In this document: positions 8,964-18,089 of the stretch, piece by piece
Layout: the number at the start of each line of letters is the position of its first letter
Numbering within the stretch: the first letter of the stretch is position 1
NCBI GenBank assembly: GCA_963747115.1
Contig: CAVVEB010000019.1
Span: 5,824 to 69,823 of the forward strand
Direction: 5' to 3'
DNA: 64,000 nt
Source: an uncultured delta proteobacterium
Lineage (GTDB): Bacteria > Desulfobacterota > Binatia > Binatales > Binataceae
The notes under the pieces: model-generated
What the model was told of the DNA's origin: nothing
The model's database searches: none
What the model saw: the letters and a program-made list of their open reading frames with translations, nothing else
Position numbers and translations under genes: made by a program

Positions 8964-11900
8964 GTGGCATCGAAGGCTGCCAAATCGCGCAGATTCGTTC
9001 GTCTTATCGGGAGTATTTTCCCGAGGTCGCTGTTCGTCGTCCTGATGCTTGCGCTTCCGCTATCGGCGCAGGCGCCCGGATTGTGGACCCTTTTCGCGAA
9101 TCTGAACACTGCGAGGGCCAATCACGCCGCCGCCACACTACCGGGCGGCCAGGCGCTGATCGTCGGCGGCATCGACGGCTCCGGCAACGCGCTCACCAGC
9201 GCCGAAATTTTCAGCCTCTCGGGCAACACGATGACCGCCCTGCCGACCGGCCTCGCGACCGGCGTCTCCGATCTGACTGCGACCGTGCTCAACGACAACG
9301 CCGTCCTGATTGCGGGCGGCCTTGACAGTTACGGCACCGCGGTTGCCGCGGCGGAACTCTACGATCCATCAAACCGCGCGTTCATCTCGCTACCCGCGAT
9401 GCATGCCGCGCGCAGCCATCATACCGCCACGCTGCTCAACGACGGCACGGTCCTGATTGCCGGCGGCAGGGGCGCATCGGGTCAGCTCGCGAGCCTTGAG
9501 ATCTATCATCCGGCCTCGAGAACGTTTTCGATGGCGGCCAGTTTGCAAAATGCGCGGCAGGATCACACCGCCACGCTGCTCATCGACGGCACCGTTCTGA
9601 TCGCGGGCGGCGCGAACTCTTCCGGGCCGCTTGCCAGCGCCGAGATTTTCAACCCCGTCACCGGCGCCGTCACCGAAGCCGGAAGCCTCAATCAGGCGCG
9701 CACCCGCGCGACCGCATCGATGCTGGTCAATTTCGATGGCACCGTGCTGATCGGAGGCGGCCAGGATACCAGCGGTAACGACCTCAATACGGCCGAGGAA
9801 TTCGATCCCGCGACCGCCACTTTCACGACGCTGGCCGCGCAGATGAACACGCCGCGCAGCGGCCACCTCGGGGTAACGCTGCCATACAACGGCAAGGTGT
9901 TGATCGCGGGCGGCACCAGCGCGGGACAGCCGGTGACAGCCAACGAACTTTACGATCCGATTGGCGGCAGCTTCGTTGCCAACGAGCCGATGAGCATCGC
10001 GCGCGATGAGTTCGCGGCCAATTTCTTCGCCGTGCCCGCGGTCGGGCAGGTGCTGATGAGCGGCGGGCTGGACAGCACCGGCAAACCGCTGGCGCTGACG
10101 GAGATGTTCTCCTATCCGACCATCCGCACCGACAAGAGCGACTACCCGCCGGGCTCACCGGTGATCATTTATGGAGCTGGATTGACTCCGGGCGAGCAGG
10201 TCACGATCCAGATCCAGGAAACCGACGACGACGACACGTTTCTGACCGACACTGCGGATTCGACCGGTTCCTTCACCGACACGAATTTTTACGTCTCGGA
10301 CAGCGACGGCGGCGTGACATTCCTGATGACGGCGACCGGGCAGAGCTCGGGCCTGACCGCGCAGGATCGCTTCACGGACAGTATCACCAGCGTCGCGATC
10401 ACGACGCAGTCACCGCGGCCGGTGGTTCCGCCCGGGACCGCTGCGTATACCGTCAGTTGTACCTCCAGCAATAGCAACAACGTCATCACCTACAACCTTG
10501 TCACCAACGCAGGCGGCTGCGAGACCGGCAACACGTGCGCCACCTGGACCCCGCCGGCTGGCGCGAGTTTCTCCTTCAATCAGAATGGTGTGACTTGCAG
10601 CACCAGTCCGACCATGAGCATCGCCACTACCTGCGGGGGTGCGAACAACACGCCGGCCGGAACCTACAACTTTGCGCTTCAGGGAGAGCAGACCAGCAAC
10701 CGCACCTTTGCCTACGCCGCAAGCAGCCTCGTCGTGACCGCATGCGCGACGCCGACTGCAACGGCGACGGCCACCGCGACAGCCACAAGGACGGCAACTG
10801 CAGTCGCAACCGCGACTGCCACGGCAACTGCGACGGCCACCGCAACCACAACCGTAACGGCGACACCGACGCCAACCGCAACCACGGTCATCTTCCTTAC
10901 GTCGGGCACCAGCTGGACGGTTCCGGGCGTATGTAACGGCTCCACTAACACCGTCGAGTGCATCGGCGGAGGAGGCGGTGGTGCGAGCCATTCTTCCGCC
11001 GGAGGCGGCGGTGGCGGCGCCTATAGCGCGGTCAGCAATGTCGCGCTGACTACCGGCAATATCGTTAGCATCGCGATCGGAGCCGGGGGAGCCGGTGGCA
11101 CTGGCGGCGTTTTGGGCACCGCAGGCGCCAACGGCGGAAACACTTCTTTCGGTTCGGCTTGCATTGCGGCTGGCGGATCAGGCGGATCGGGCAATACCGG
11201 CGGCGCCGGCGGTGCGGCTAGCAGCGGTTCCGGCACGACCAAGTTCTCAGGCGGCTCAGGTGGCACTAGCGCACCCACCGTCGGTTCCAGCGGCGGCGGT
11301 GGCGCGGCGGGACCCAACGGAGCCGGCAATCCTGGACAGCCCGGAACGCCAACGACCGCCGGTCCTGGTGGGTCAGGTGACAACGGCTCTGGTGGCGCGG
11401 GCGGTACTCCCGCTGGCGGCGCGGGCGGAAACGGTACGGAATACCAAGCCTCGCCAGCATTTGGGAGTGGCGGCGGCGGTGCGGGCGGCGTCAACAGCCC
11501 TTCCCCCGTCAATGGTGGAATCGGCGGCAATTACGGCGCTGGCGGCGGCGGCAGTGGCGGCGGCAGTGGCGGAGCAGGAACAGGCGGCCTCATTGTGATC
11601 ACCTGTAATGGAGCGCCGGCGCCTACGCCTACTTCAACCGCTACCGCGACGGCGACGGCTACCGCAACATCGACGGCCACAGCCACCGCAACTGCGACTC
11701 TGACGGCAACACCGACAGCAACTGCGACACCAACTGCGACGGCCACTTTGACCGCGACACGGACAGCCACGGCGACCGCAACTGCGACGGCGACCGCTAC
11801 CGCAACTGCGACGGCAACCGCCACAACGACTGCAACCCCGACGCCAACCCCAGCAGCGCTGCTGGTCACGCCCTACAACATCACATTCAACTACTCAGTC

Positions 11901-12887
11901 ATCCTGAATACGGGAACGACGACAACCGCCAGGATCGTAACGGCGCGAAATCAGTCCGCAGCCGCGATCAACATCGGCCAAATCTTCGCTACAACTACCG
12001 GAGTGGCCGGACCCTCAGCGCAGTTCAAGATCGCGACCATCGGTGGGGTGCCGCAGGATACGTGCTCCAACACGACACTCAGGCCCAACGGAACGTGCAC
12101 GGTCCACGTGAATTTCACCGCTACAGCACTCGGTGGGGTGACGGGTACTCTGGCATTCCCATCTAATGCTCCCAACGGCACGCAATACGTAGGTCTTAAC
12201 GGCACCGGCTTGGCCGGAACTATCAATCTCTCTTCCGCGATATCGTTTCCCAACACCTTGGTGGCCCGGACCGCCGCCACGAAGACCGCGAAGCTGACAA
12301 ATCCCAACACCGTCGCGCTGGGCGAGCCGGTGGGTTCGGGCGCAATCTCGATTTCGGTTTCGTCGGCCTCGGGCGACTTTAAAATCACGCCCGGCACAGA
12401 TAAATGCAGCGGAACGACCCTGCAACCGGCGGGATCCGGGGCTTCGAACTGCACCGTCGGAGTAAGTTTCAGTCCGACCCAGCAAGGCGCCCAAACGGGA
12501 AGCCTGATCGTTTCGAGCAACGCTCGAAACAGCCCCGCGACCATCATGCTGCAAGGCTCCGGGACACTTTCCGCGCCCGTGCTTTCGCCGACGGTTCTAT
12601 CGTTCGGCAGGGTGAGGCAGGGTACTATCAGCGCGCCAAAATCTGTGAAGATGACCAATAACAACGTGGTCGGAATGAACATCAGCAGCATCACGTCGAA
12701 CAACCCAGATTATGCAATCGGGCCCACCTCCACCTGCCAAGTGGGGATCTTGCCGGCGGGGCAGCACTGCACCATCTCGGTGACATTCGCTCCGAATGTC
12801 ACAACGGCGGACAACGGGACGATCAGCATCGTTACCAACGCGGGAACCGGCACTCAGAAGTTCGGCTTGTATGGCACTGGATTCTAA
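8964..12887 (+). CDS. large secreted multidomain protein: 7-blade Kelch-type propeller, Thr-Ala linker, Gly-rich module, Thr-Ala linker, choice-of-anchor-D/ASH-like beta-sandwich repeats
   Basis: 1307-aa ORF with a GTG start and a signal peptide (LFVVLMLALPLSAQA). Seven LxDGTVLIAGG-type Kelch blades. The motif SGTSWTVPG...VECIGGGGGGAS..AGGGGGGAYS opens a ~220-aa Gly-rich block. The C-terminus holds 4-5 repeats of the pattern C..T.L.P...C...V.F.P...G. Confidence 0.85.
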   Translation: MASKAAKSRRFVRLIGSIFPRSLFVVLMLALPLSAQAPGLWTLFANLNTARANHAAATLPGGQALIVGGIDGSGNALTSAEIFSLSGNTMTALPTGLATGVSDLTATVLNDNAVLIAGGLDSYGTAVAAAELYDPSNRAFISLPAMHAARSHHTATLLNDGTVLIAGGRGASGQLASLEIYHPASRTFSMAASLQNARQDHTATLLIDGTVLIAGGANSSGPLASAEIFNPVTGAVTEAGSLNQARTRATASMLVNFDGTVLIGGGQDTSGNDLNTAEEFDPATATFTTLAAQMNTPRSGHLGVTLPYNGKVLIAGGTSAGQPVTANELYDPIGGSFVANEPMSIARDEFAANFFAVPAVGQVLMSGGLDSTGKPLALTEMFSYPTIRTDKSDYPPGSPVIIYGAGLTPGEQVTIQIQETDDDDTFLTDTADSTGSFTDTNFYVSDSDGGVTFLMTATGQSSGLTAQDRFTDSITSVAITTQSPRPVVPPGTAAYTVSCTSSNSNNVITYNLVTNAGGCETGNTCATWTPPAGASFSFNQNGVTCSTSPTMSIATTCGGANNTPAGTYNFALQGEQTSNRTFAYAASSLVVTACATPTATATATATATRTATAVATATATATATATATTTVTATPTPTATTVIFLTSGTSWTVPGVCNGSTNTVECIGGGGGGASHSSAGGGGGGAYSAVSNVALTTGNIVSIAIGAGGAGGTGGVLGTAGANGGNTSFGSACIAAGGSGGSGNTGGAGGAASSGSGTTKFSGGSGGTSAPTVGSSGGGGAAGPNGAGNPGQPGTPTTAGPGGSGDNGSGGAGGTPAGGAGGNGTEYQASPAFGSGGGGAGGVNSPSPVNGGIGGNYGAGGGGSGGGSGGAGTGGLIVITCNGAPAPTPTSTATATATATATSTATATATATLTATPTATATPTATATLTATRTATATATATATATATATATATTTATPTPTPAALLVTPYNITFNYSVILNTGTTTTARIVTARNQSAAAINIGQIFATTTGVAGPSAQFKIATIGGVPQDTCSNTTLRPNGTCTVHVNFTATALGGVTGTLAFPSNAPNGTQYVGLNGTGLAGTINLSSAISFPNTLVARTAATKTAKLTNPNTVALGEPVGSGAISISVSSASGDFKITPGTDKCSGTTLQPAGSGASNCTVGVSFSPTQQGAQTGSLIVSSNARNSPATIMLQGSGTLSAPVLSPTVLSFGRVRQGTISAPKSVKMTNNNVVGMNISSITSNNPDYAIGPTSTCQVGILPAGQHCTISVTFAPNVTTADNGTISIVTNAGTGTQKFGLYGTGF
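10749..10887 (+). repeat. coding (ACN-GCN)n Thr-Ala linker repeat 1
   Basis: Hexanucleotide-periodic DNA encoding [45 protein letters not shown]. Confidence 0.9.
11620..11851 (+). repeat. coding (ACN-GCN)n Thr-Ala linker repeat 2
   Basis: Encodes ~75 aa of TATATA.. / TPTATA.. low-complexity linker. Confidence 0.9.
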
Positions 12888-13139
12888 TCGCTTCCGATAG
12901 TCGCGCTTGCCAGAAGGAGCGCGACCGGTTTACATCGACGGTGACGCCATCGGACCAACTGAATTCCGTCCTTAGCGATGCTGGATTAGCCCGTATCGGC
13001 TGATTCGACCACATTCGATCTCGCTTGGCCGAAAACTTCTCGCATAAGAAATCATCTCGATAATTCTAAGCGGTGCTAATCTTGTTTTTCGCGCTGTGGC
13101 GAGTACAGTTTTGCTCAAGGTTGAGGCTCTCGGGAGGAG

Positions 13140-13577
13140 GTGCATGAAATGAAAATGGTCACCGCGATTTTGCAGAGGCTGCTCGGCTTTATATTCCTGG
13201 CGTTCGGGATGAATGGATTCCTTCACTTTATTCCGCAGATGGCGATCCCTAATCCTGCTGTCCAATTTTTCGTCGCACTCGCGGCAACCGGCTACATCCT
13301 GCCGTTGTTGTTCGCCACTCAGGCGCTGGCCGGCGTTCTGCTGATTCTCGGCCTGTACGTGCCACTGGCGCTGGCCCTATTGGCGCCGATACTCGTCAAT
13401 ATCTTCCTGTTTCATCTTTTCCTTGCTCCCGGTGGTCTTCCGGTAGCCGTGGTCGTGGTCGGCCTCGAGCTCTACCTGGTCCGCGCTTATGGCGATGCTT
13501 TCGCGCCGATGCTGCGGGCACGCTCTGAGCATCACACCGAGCCCGCCCACACCGCACAACGAACTGTCACCGTCTGA
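13140..13577 (+). CDS. DoxX-like small membrane protein
   Basis: 145-aa ORF with 4 hydrophobic helices. GGGAGGAGG lies at 13131-13139 and the likely start is the in-frame ATG at 13149. The family call is tentative. Confidence 0.5.
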   Translation: MHEMKMVTAILQRLLGFIFLAFGMNGFLHFIPQMAIPNPAVQFFVALAATGYILPLLFATQALAGVLLILGLYVPLALALLAPILVNIFLFHLFLAPGGLPVAVVVVGLELYLVRAYGDAFAPMLRARSEHHTEPAHTAQRTVTV

Positions 13578-13584
13578 AAAGTTC

Positions 13585-13621
13585 TGCTAGATAAGGACGC
13601 GCGACCGCGAAGCCTCCGCGC
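13585..13621 (+). terminator. rho-independent terminator
   Basis: GGACGCGCG (13585-13593) pairs with CGCGCGTCC (13607-13615), followed by TTTTTT, directly after the stop at 13577. Confidence 0.7.
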
Positions 13622-13683
13622 GTCCTTTTTTCCGCACTCACTTCGGCGTCGCGGCGCGAAATTTTCTTTTCGGCCGATCGCCC

Positions 13684-14670
13684 GTGCAGGTCGATCATCG
13701 GCGAAGGAGTGTTGGCTTGGGCGCAAATGTAATCCACGCGGTCACCGTCGATCCTCGTGTTGAAGGCCGGTTGGCGATCAAGGAATATCCAGCCCCGGCG
13801 CCGCTCGTGAGCGAGGCTCTGGTCCGGGTCAAAGCGTTTTCCCTGAATCTCGGCGAAGTGCGCACTGCCTTGAGCGAGGCTCCCGCGGGATGGCGTCCGG
13901 GATGGGATTTTGCGGGCGTGATCGAAAAAGCGGCGGTCGACGGCTCCGGCTTCAAGGCCGGCACCCGCGTGGTCGGCTTGGTGTTTCATGGCGCGTGGGG
14001 AGAGCAGGTCGCGGCGCAGAGCAGCTTCCTCGCGGAGTTGCCCGATTCGATTTCATTCGCCGAGGCGTCGACGCTTCCGGTCGCCGGCTTAACCGCGCTT
14101 TACGGGTTGGAGCGCAATGGATCCATCCTCAACCGCAAGGTCTTGGTCACCGGCGCCAGCGGAGGAGTCGGCAACTTCGGATGCCAGATCGCGCGCAACG
14201 CCGGCGCGCGGGTGGTGGCGTTGGTCCGGCGCCCCGAGCGCGAGAAGAATGCGCGCGACGCGGGAGCGCATGAGGTCGTGATCGGCGAGGACCTGTCGCC
14301 GGCCGCGAGCTTCGGCCCATATCACACCATCCTCGAATCCGTGGGCGGGACGGTGCTCGCGTCGGCGCTCGGGATGCTGGCGCCGGGCGGCATGTGCGTC
14401 AGTGTCGGAGTTTCCTCATCACCGCAGACAACTATCGATGTGGGGACCCTGATGCACGTCGGTGGGGCAAGCTGGTACGGCTTTTTCCTCGGCTACGAGT
14501 TCCAGCGCGAGCCGGCCTCGAAGGGACTCGCGCGGCTGGCGCAGATGGTGGCCGACGGAAAGGTCAAAGCGCCGATCGAGCTGGAGACCTCATGGGATCA
14601 GATCGGCAAGGTCGCGACGCAGCTCTATCGCGATCGCGCGATCGCGGGCAAGGCCGTGCTCACGCTGTGA
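13684..14670 (+). CDS. zinc-type alcohol dehydrogenase / NADPH:quinone oxidoreductase family (MDR superfamily)
   Basis: MDR-like layout with a Rossmann motif VLVTGASGGVGNFGCQIA. The probable true start is TTG 13717, which is preceded by GAAGGAG. Confidence 0.85.
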   Translation: MQVDHRRRSVGLGANVIHAVTVDPRVEGRLAIKEYPAPAPLVSEALVRVKAFSLNLGEVRTALSEAPAGWRPGWDFAGVIEKAAVDGSGFKAGTRVVGLVFHGAWGEQVAAQSSFLAELPDSISFAEASTLPVAGLTALYGLERNGSILNRKVLVTGASGGVGNFGCQIARNAGARVVALVRRPEREKNARDAGAHEVVIGEDLSPAASFGPYHTILESVGGTVLASALGMLAPGGMCVSVGVSSSPQTTIDVGTLMHVGGASWYGFFLGYEFQREPASKGLARLAQMVADGKVKAPIELETSWDQIGKVATQLYRDRAIAGKAVLTL

Positions 14671-14720
14671 TCTGCTCTCCCGCCGTGAGACATACGTCGC
14701 GGACGTGAGGCGGGCGGATT

Positions 14721-15239
14721 CTAACTGGTGGCCGCTTCGATCGCTGCCAACAGGGAGCGAAGATCATACGGGCCGTCGTGCTTCACATTGTTGACATAGA
14801 AGCTTGGCGTGCCATTGACCCCGCTGCGGACTCCCGTGCGAAAGTCCTCGCGCACCTTCGGCGCGTAGATGTGCTCGCCTATTTCGCGGGCGAATCGGCG
14901 CACCTCCAGGCCGATCTGCTTTGCGTATTGCGACAGAGATTCGCGATCGAGCGCTTCCTGATTCTCGTAGAGCGTGTCGTGCATCTGCCAGAATTTCTCT
15001 TGCGCCCCTGCGGCTTCTGCCGCTTCAGCCGCGGCTTCGGCGTGCGGATGCGCGGAGCTCAGTGGAAAATTGCGAAAGGCAAAGCATAGATTATCGCCAA
15101 GCCGGCGCTGAATTTCTTTAACGATCGGATAAGCTTCGCCGCAATAGGGACACTCATAATCGCCGTATTCGACCAGGATCACGCGTGCGTTCATGGGTCC
15201 CTGAATGTGATCGCTCGCGCTAACAGGAGGGACGAGCAT
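14721..15239 (-). CDS. DsbA-family thioredoxin-fold protein
   Basis: 172-aa ORF with active-site CPYC and the typical ...GVNGTPSFYVNN... C-terminal motif. No obvious signal peptide. Confidence 0.85.
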   Translation of the reverse strand: MLVPPVSASDHIQGPMNARVILVEYGDYECPYCGEAYPIVKEIQRRLGDNLCFAFRNFPLSSAHPHAEAAAEAAEAAGAQEKFWQMHDTLYENQEALDRESLSQYAKQIGLEVRRFAREIGEHIYAPKVREDFRTGVRSGVNGTPSFYVNNVKHDGPYDLRSLLAAIEAATS

Positions 15240-15242
15240 AAG

Positions 15243-15755
15243 TCACCTCTTGCTTGAAGGAAGAGCTTCCAGGGCCGAAAGAATACCGTCGGCACCAGGA
15301 TTGACGCCGATCGGAGAGACGAAACTCCAGGTAATCGTTCCCTGAGAGTCAACTACGAACAATGCGCGTTCGCAGATGCCGTCCTCTGACCGATAGACCC
15401 CATAAGTCTGTGCAACTCCACCCTTAGGTTCAAAATCCGCGAGCAGCGGAAAGTGTAGCTTGCGATCTTTTGCGAAAGCGCTGTGGCACCAGACCCCATC
15501 AACTGAGATGCCTAAGAGTTCCGCGTTGAAGCGGCGAAACTCAGGCAAAATCTCGTTGTAGAGAGCCATCTGGTCTCCGCATACCGGGCTCCAGTCAGCG
15601 GGGTAGAAGGCCAGAATCACCGGCGCGCCCCGCAGCTCGCTTAGCGAAACGAACTGATCCGGTGTGCTTTTCAGTCTGAAGTCCGGCGCCGGAGTACCGG
15701 CTGCTAGCGCCGACTTGTTGCTTTTGGTTTCTTGCTCTTTCGTGCCTGTACTCAT
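15243..15755 (-). CDS. peroxiredoxin (AhpC/TSA family, 1-Cys/AhpE-like)
   Basis: 170-aa ORF with FYPADWSPVCGDQ. It ends 4 nt upstream of the DsbA-like gene, so the two probably form an operon. Confidence 0.9.
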   Translation of the reverse strand: MSTGTKEQETKSNKSALAAGTPAPDFRLKSTPDQFVSLSELRGAPVILAFYPADWSPVCGDQMALYNEILPEFRRFNAELLGISVDGVWCHSAFAKDRKLHFPLLADFEPKGGVAQTYGVYRSEDGICERALFVVDSQGTITWSFVSPIGVNPGADGILSALEALPSSKR

Positions 15756-16029
15756 ATTGGAAGACCTTTCCTCCTCCCAGCGTCTCGTGATGGAGCATCA
15801 GTGCCGCTCCGTTTACGCAACCGCATTCCGGCGCCGCTTGAGATGGTCGCGATTGGATGTCCGGATCGGGGAATTTATGCGTTGCGCGTACGGTGAACGA
15901 GCCGAGTGTCCGCCTTGGGCAAACTTAGATCAACCGAGCAAGGGAAACCATCGGCATCTGCCGCGGCTGGTTTGAATCAATTCTCTTAGATGATAGGTTC
16001 GCGGTTACCTGTCGCGGGAGAGTTTTTCG

Positions 16030-17424
16030 ATGGCCCTATGGAAGCCGGATCCGACCTTTTATCCATCAGCGCGAATGGCGATGGCCGCGCCGCCTGAAAC
16101 GCTCGCATACGTCGTCACTTTCAATCCGCATCCCGAAAATAAAAAGCCTGATGCATTGTGCGCGGTCGATCTCGATCCCAAGCAGAGCAGCTATGGAAAG
16201 ATCGTCGGCCGGGTCGAGATGCCGAAGGCCGGCGACGAGTTGCATCACTTCGGATGGAACGCGTGCAGCGCCGCGCTATGTCCCTACGCGCCGCATCCGC
16301 ACATCGAGCGCCGCTATCTGATCGTGCCTGGCCTGCGGTCTTCGCGCATTCACATCATCGACACCAAACCTTACGCGCGAAATCCGCGCATTGTGCGCGT
16401 GATCGAGCCGGGCGAAATTGCTTCGAAAAGCGGTTACAGCCGGCCGCATACGATCCACTGCGGTCCCGACGCGATCTATGTAAGCGCGCTGGGCGCTCCC
16501 GACGGTGACGGTCCGGGCGGAATTTTCCTGCTCGACCACGAAAGCTTCGATGTACTCGGACGATGGGAAGTCGATCGGGGACCGCAGCGGTTCGCTTACG
16601 ATTTCTGGTGGCATCTTGGGTGGGACGTCGCGGTCACCAGCGAATGGGGCACGCCGAATATGATCGAGAAAGGCCTGAATCCCGATTTGCTGCTGGCCGG
16701 CAAATACGGCCACTGCATCCACATTTGGGATTTGCGCAAACGCCGCCATCTCCAGACGCTCGATCTCGGTGCCGAAAATCAGATGGCCCTCGAACTACGC
16801 CCCGCGCACGATCCGACCAAGCAATACGGATTTTGCGGAGTGGTGATCTCGACCAAAGATCTTTCGGCCTCGGTCTGGCTGTGGCATCGCGAGGCCAATG
16901 GGAAGTGGGCGATTCAAAAAGTTATCGAGGTTCCCGCCGAACCGGCCGATGCCGATCGGCTGCCACCCGCGCTGAAACCATTCAAGGCGGTGCCGCCGCT
17001 CATCAGCGACATCAATCTGAGTCTCGACGATAAATTCCTGTACGTCGCGTGCTATGGAACCGGCGATCTTCGCCAATATGAAGTCAGCGACCCGTTTCAT
17101 CCGAAGCTGACCGGCACCGTGCGTCTCGGCGGTATCACCTCACACGCGGCGCATCCGAAATCCGGTCCGCTCAACGGCGGATCGCAGATGATCGAGCTGA
17201 GCCGCGACGGCCGCCGCGTTTACATGAGCAATTCGCTCTACGGCGCGTGGGACGAGCAGTTCTATCCCGAAGGTCTCAATGGATGGATGGTGAAGCTCGA
17301 CGCTAATCCCGCGGGCGGGCTCGCGGTCGACCCGAAGTTTTTTCTGACCTTCGACGGCGAGCGGCCGCATCAGATTCGCCTCGAAGGCGGCGACGCGTCT
17401 TCCGATTCATATTGTTACCCCTGA
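16030..17424 (+). CDS. selenium-binding protein family (SBP56) / methanethiol-oxidase-like
   Basis: 464-aa ORF with a characteristic SBP56 N-terminus (GYSSP-type start context PDPTFYPSARMAMAAPPETLAYV), HHFGWNACSS and an ...SSDSYCYP C-terminus. No signal peptide is evident. Confidence 0.9.
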   Translation: MALWKPDPTFYPSARMAMAAPPETLAYVVTFNPHPENKKPDALCAVDLDPKQSSYGKIVGRVEMPKAGDELHHFGWNACSAALCPYAPHPHIERRYLIVPGLRSSRIHIIDTKPYARNPRIVRVIEPGEIASKSGYSRPHTIHCGPDAIYVSALGAPDGDGPGGIFLLDHESFDVLGRWEVDRGPQRFAYDFWWHLGWDVAVTSEWGTPNMIEKGLNPDLLLAGKYGHCIHIWDLRKRRHLQTLDLGAENQMALELRPAHDPTKQYGFCGVVISTKDLSASVWLWHREANGKWAIQKVIEVPAEPADADRLPPALKPFKAVPPLISDINLSLDDKFLYVACYGTGDLRQYEVSDPFHPKLTGTVRLGGITSHAAHPKSGPLNGGSQMIELSRDGRRVYMSNSLYGAWDEQFYPEGLNGWMVKLDANPAGGLAVDPKFFLTFDGERPHQIRLEGGDASSDSYCYP

Positions 17425-18065
17425 ACGTCTGGCCATGGTTCGCCGTCGCGATGCTGGGGGCGTATCACGGAATCGATCCCTCGATGGGATGGCTGTTCGC
17501 GGTCGCGCTCGGCCTGCAGGAAAAAAGCCGCGCGCGGGTGCTGACGGCGCTGATTCCGATCGCGATCGGTCATCTGCTGTCGATCGCGGTAGTCGTTGCT
17601 CTCGTCGGCGGCTTGCGGATGGCCTCCTTCAATCCCGATTACGTCCGCTATGGCGGTGCCGTGGTTCTGATTGCATTCGGGATATTCCGCCTGATCTGGC
17701 CGCGCGCGCATCCTCGATGGGTAGCGATGCGGGTCAACTCCGCCGAACTCGGACTCTGGTCATTTCTGATGGCGTCGGCGCATGGCGCGGGCCTGATGCT
17801 CTTTCCGATTCTGATGAATGTGATGCCGCCGGGTCACGCGATGATGCATCACCATCATGCGATGCCGGCGATGGGCACGACCTTTATCACCGGCGCAATC
17901 GTGGTGATCGTGCACACATCAGCGATGGTGATAGTGATGGGCACGATTGCGATCGTGATCTACGAGAAAGTCGGCCTCGCGATTTTGCGCAGCGCCTGGG
18001 TCAACCTGGATTTGATCTGGGCGTCAGCGCTAATCGGCGCCGGCCTGCTCTCGATGGTCATTTGA
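17412..18065 (+). CDS. integral membrane protein with His/Met-rich loop (possible metal handling)
   Basis: 217-aa ORF overlapping the SBP56 stop by 13 nt (TTG start; alternative in-frame ATG at 17451). About 6 TM helices with the loop PPGHAMMHHHHAMPAMG. Confidence 0.6.
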   Translation: MLPLNVWPWFAVAMLGAYHGIDPSMGWLFAVALGLQEKSRARVLTALIPIAIGHLLSIAVVVALVGGLRMASFNPDYVRYGGAVVLIAFGIFRLIWPRAHPRWVAMRVNSAELGLWSFLMASAHGAGLMLFPILMNVMPPGHAMMHHHHAMPAMGTTFITGAIVVIVHTSAMVIVMGTIAIVIYEKVGLAILRSAWVNLDLIWASALIGAGLLSMVI

Positions 18066-18089
18066 TCCGAATCCGATCGGCTTCAATTC

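Noticed and set aside
10410-11869. Long antisense/alternate-frame ORFs (10410..10991, 10712..10963, 11021..11530, 11531..11869 and similar) inside the 1307-aa gene
   Set aside because: They are Val-Ala, Pro-rich or Arg-rich translations of the Thr-Ala and Gly-rich coding repeats on the other strand or frame. This is a compositional artefact of a periodic GC-rich tract, not a set of genes.
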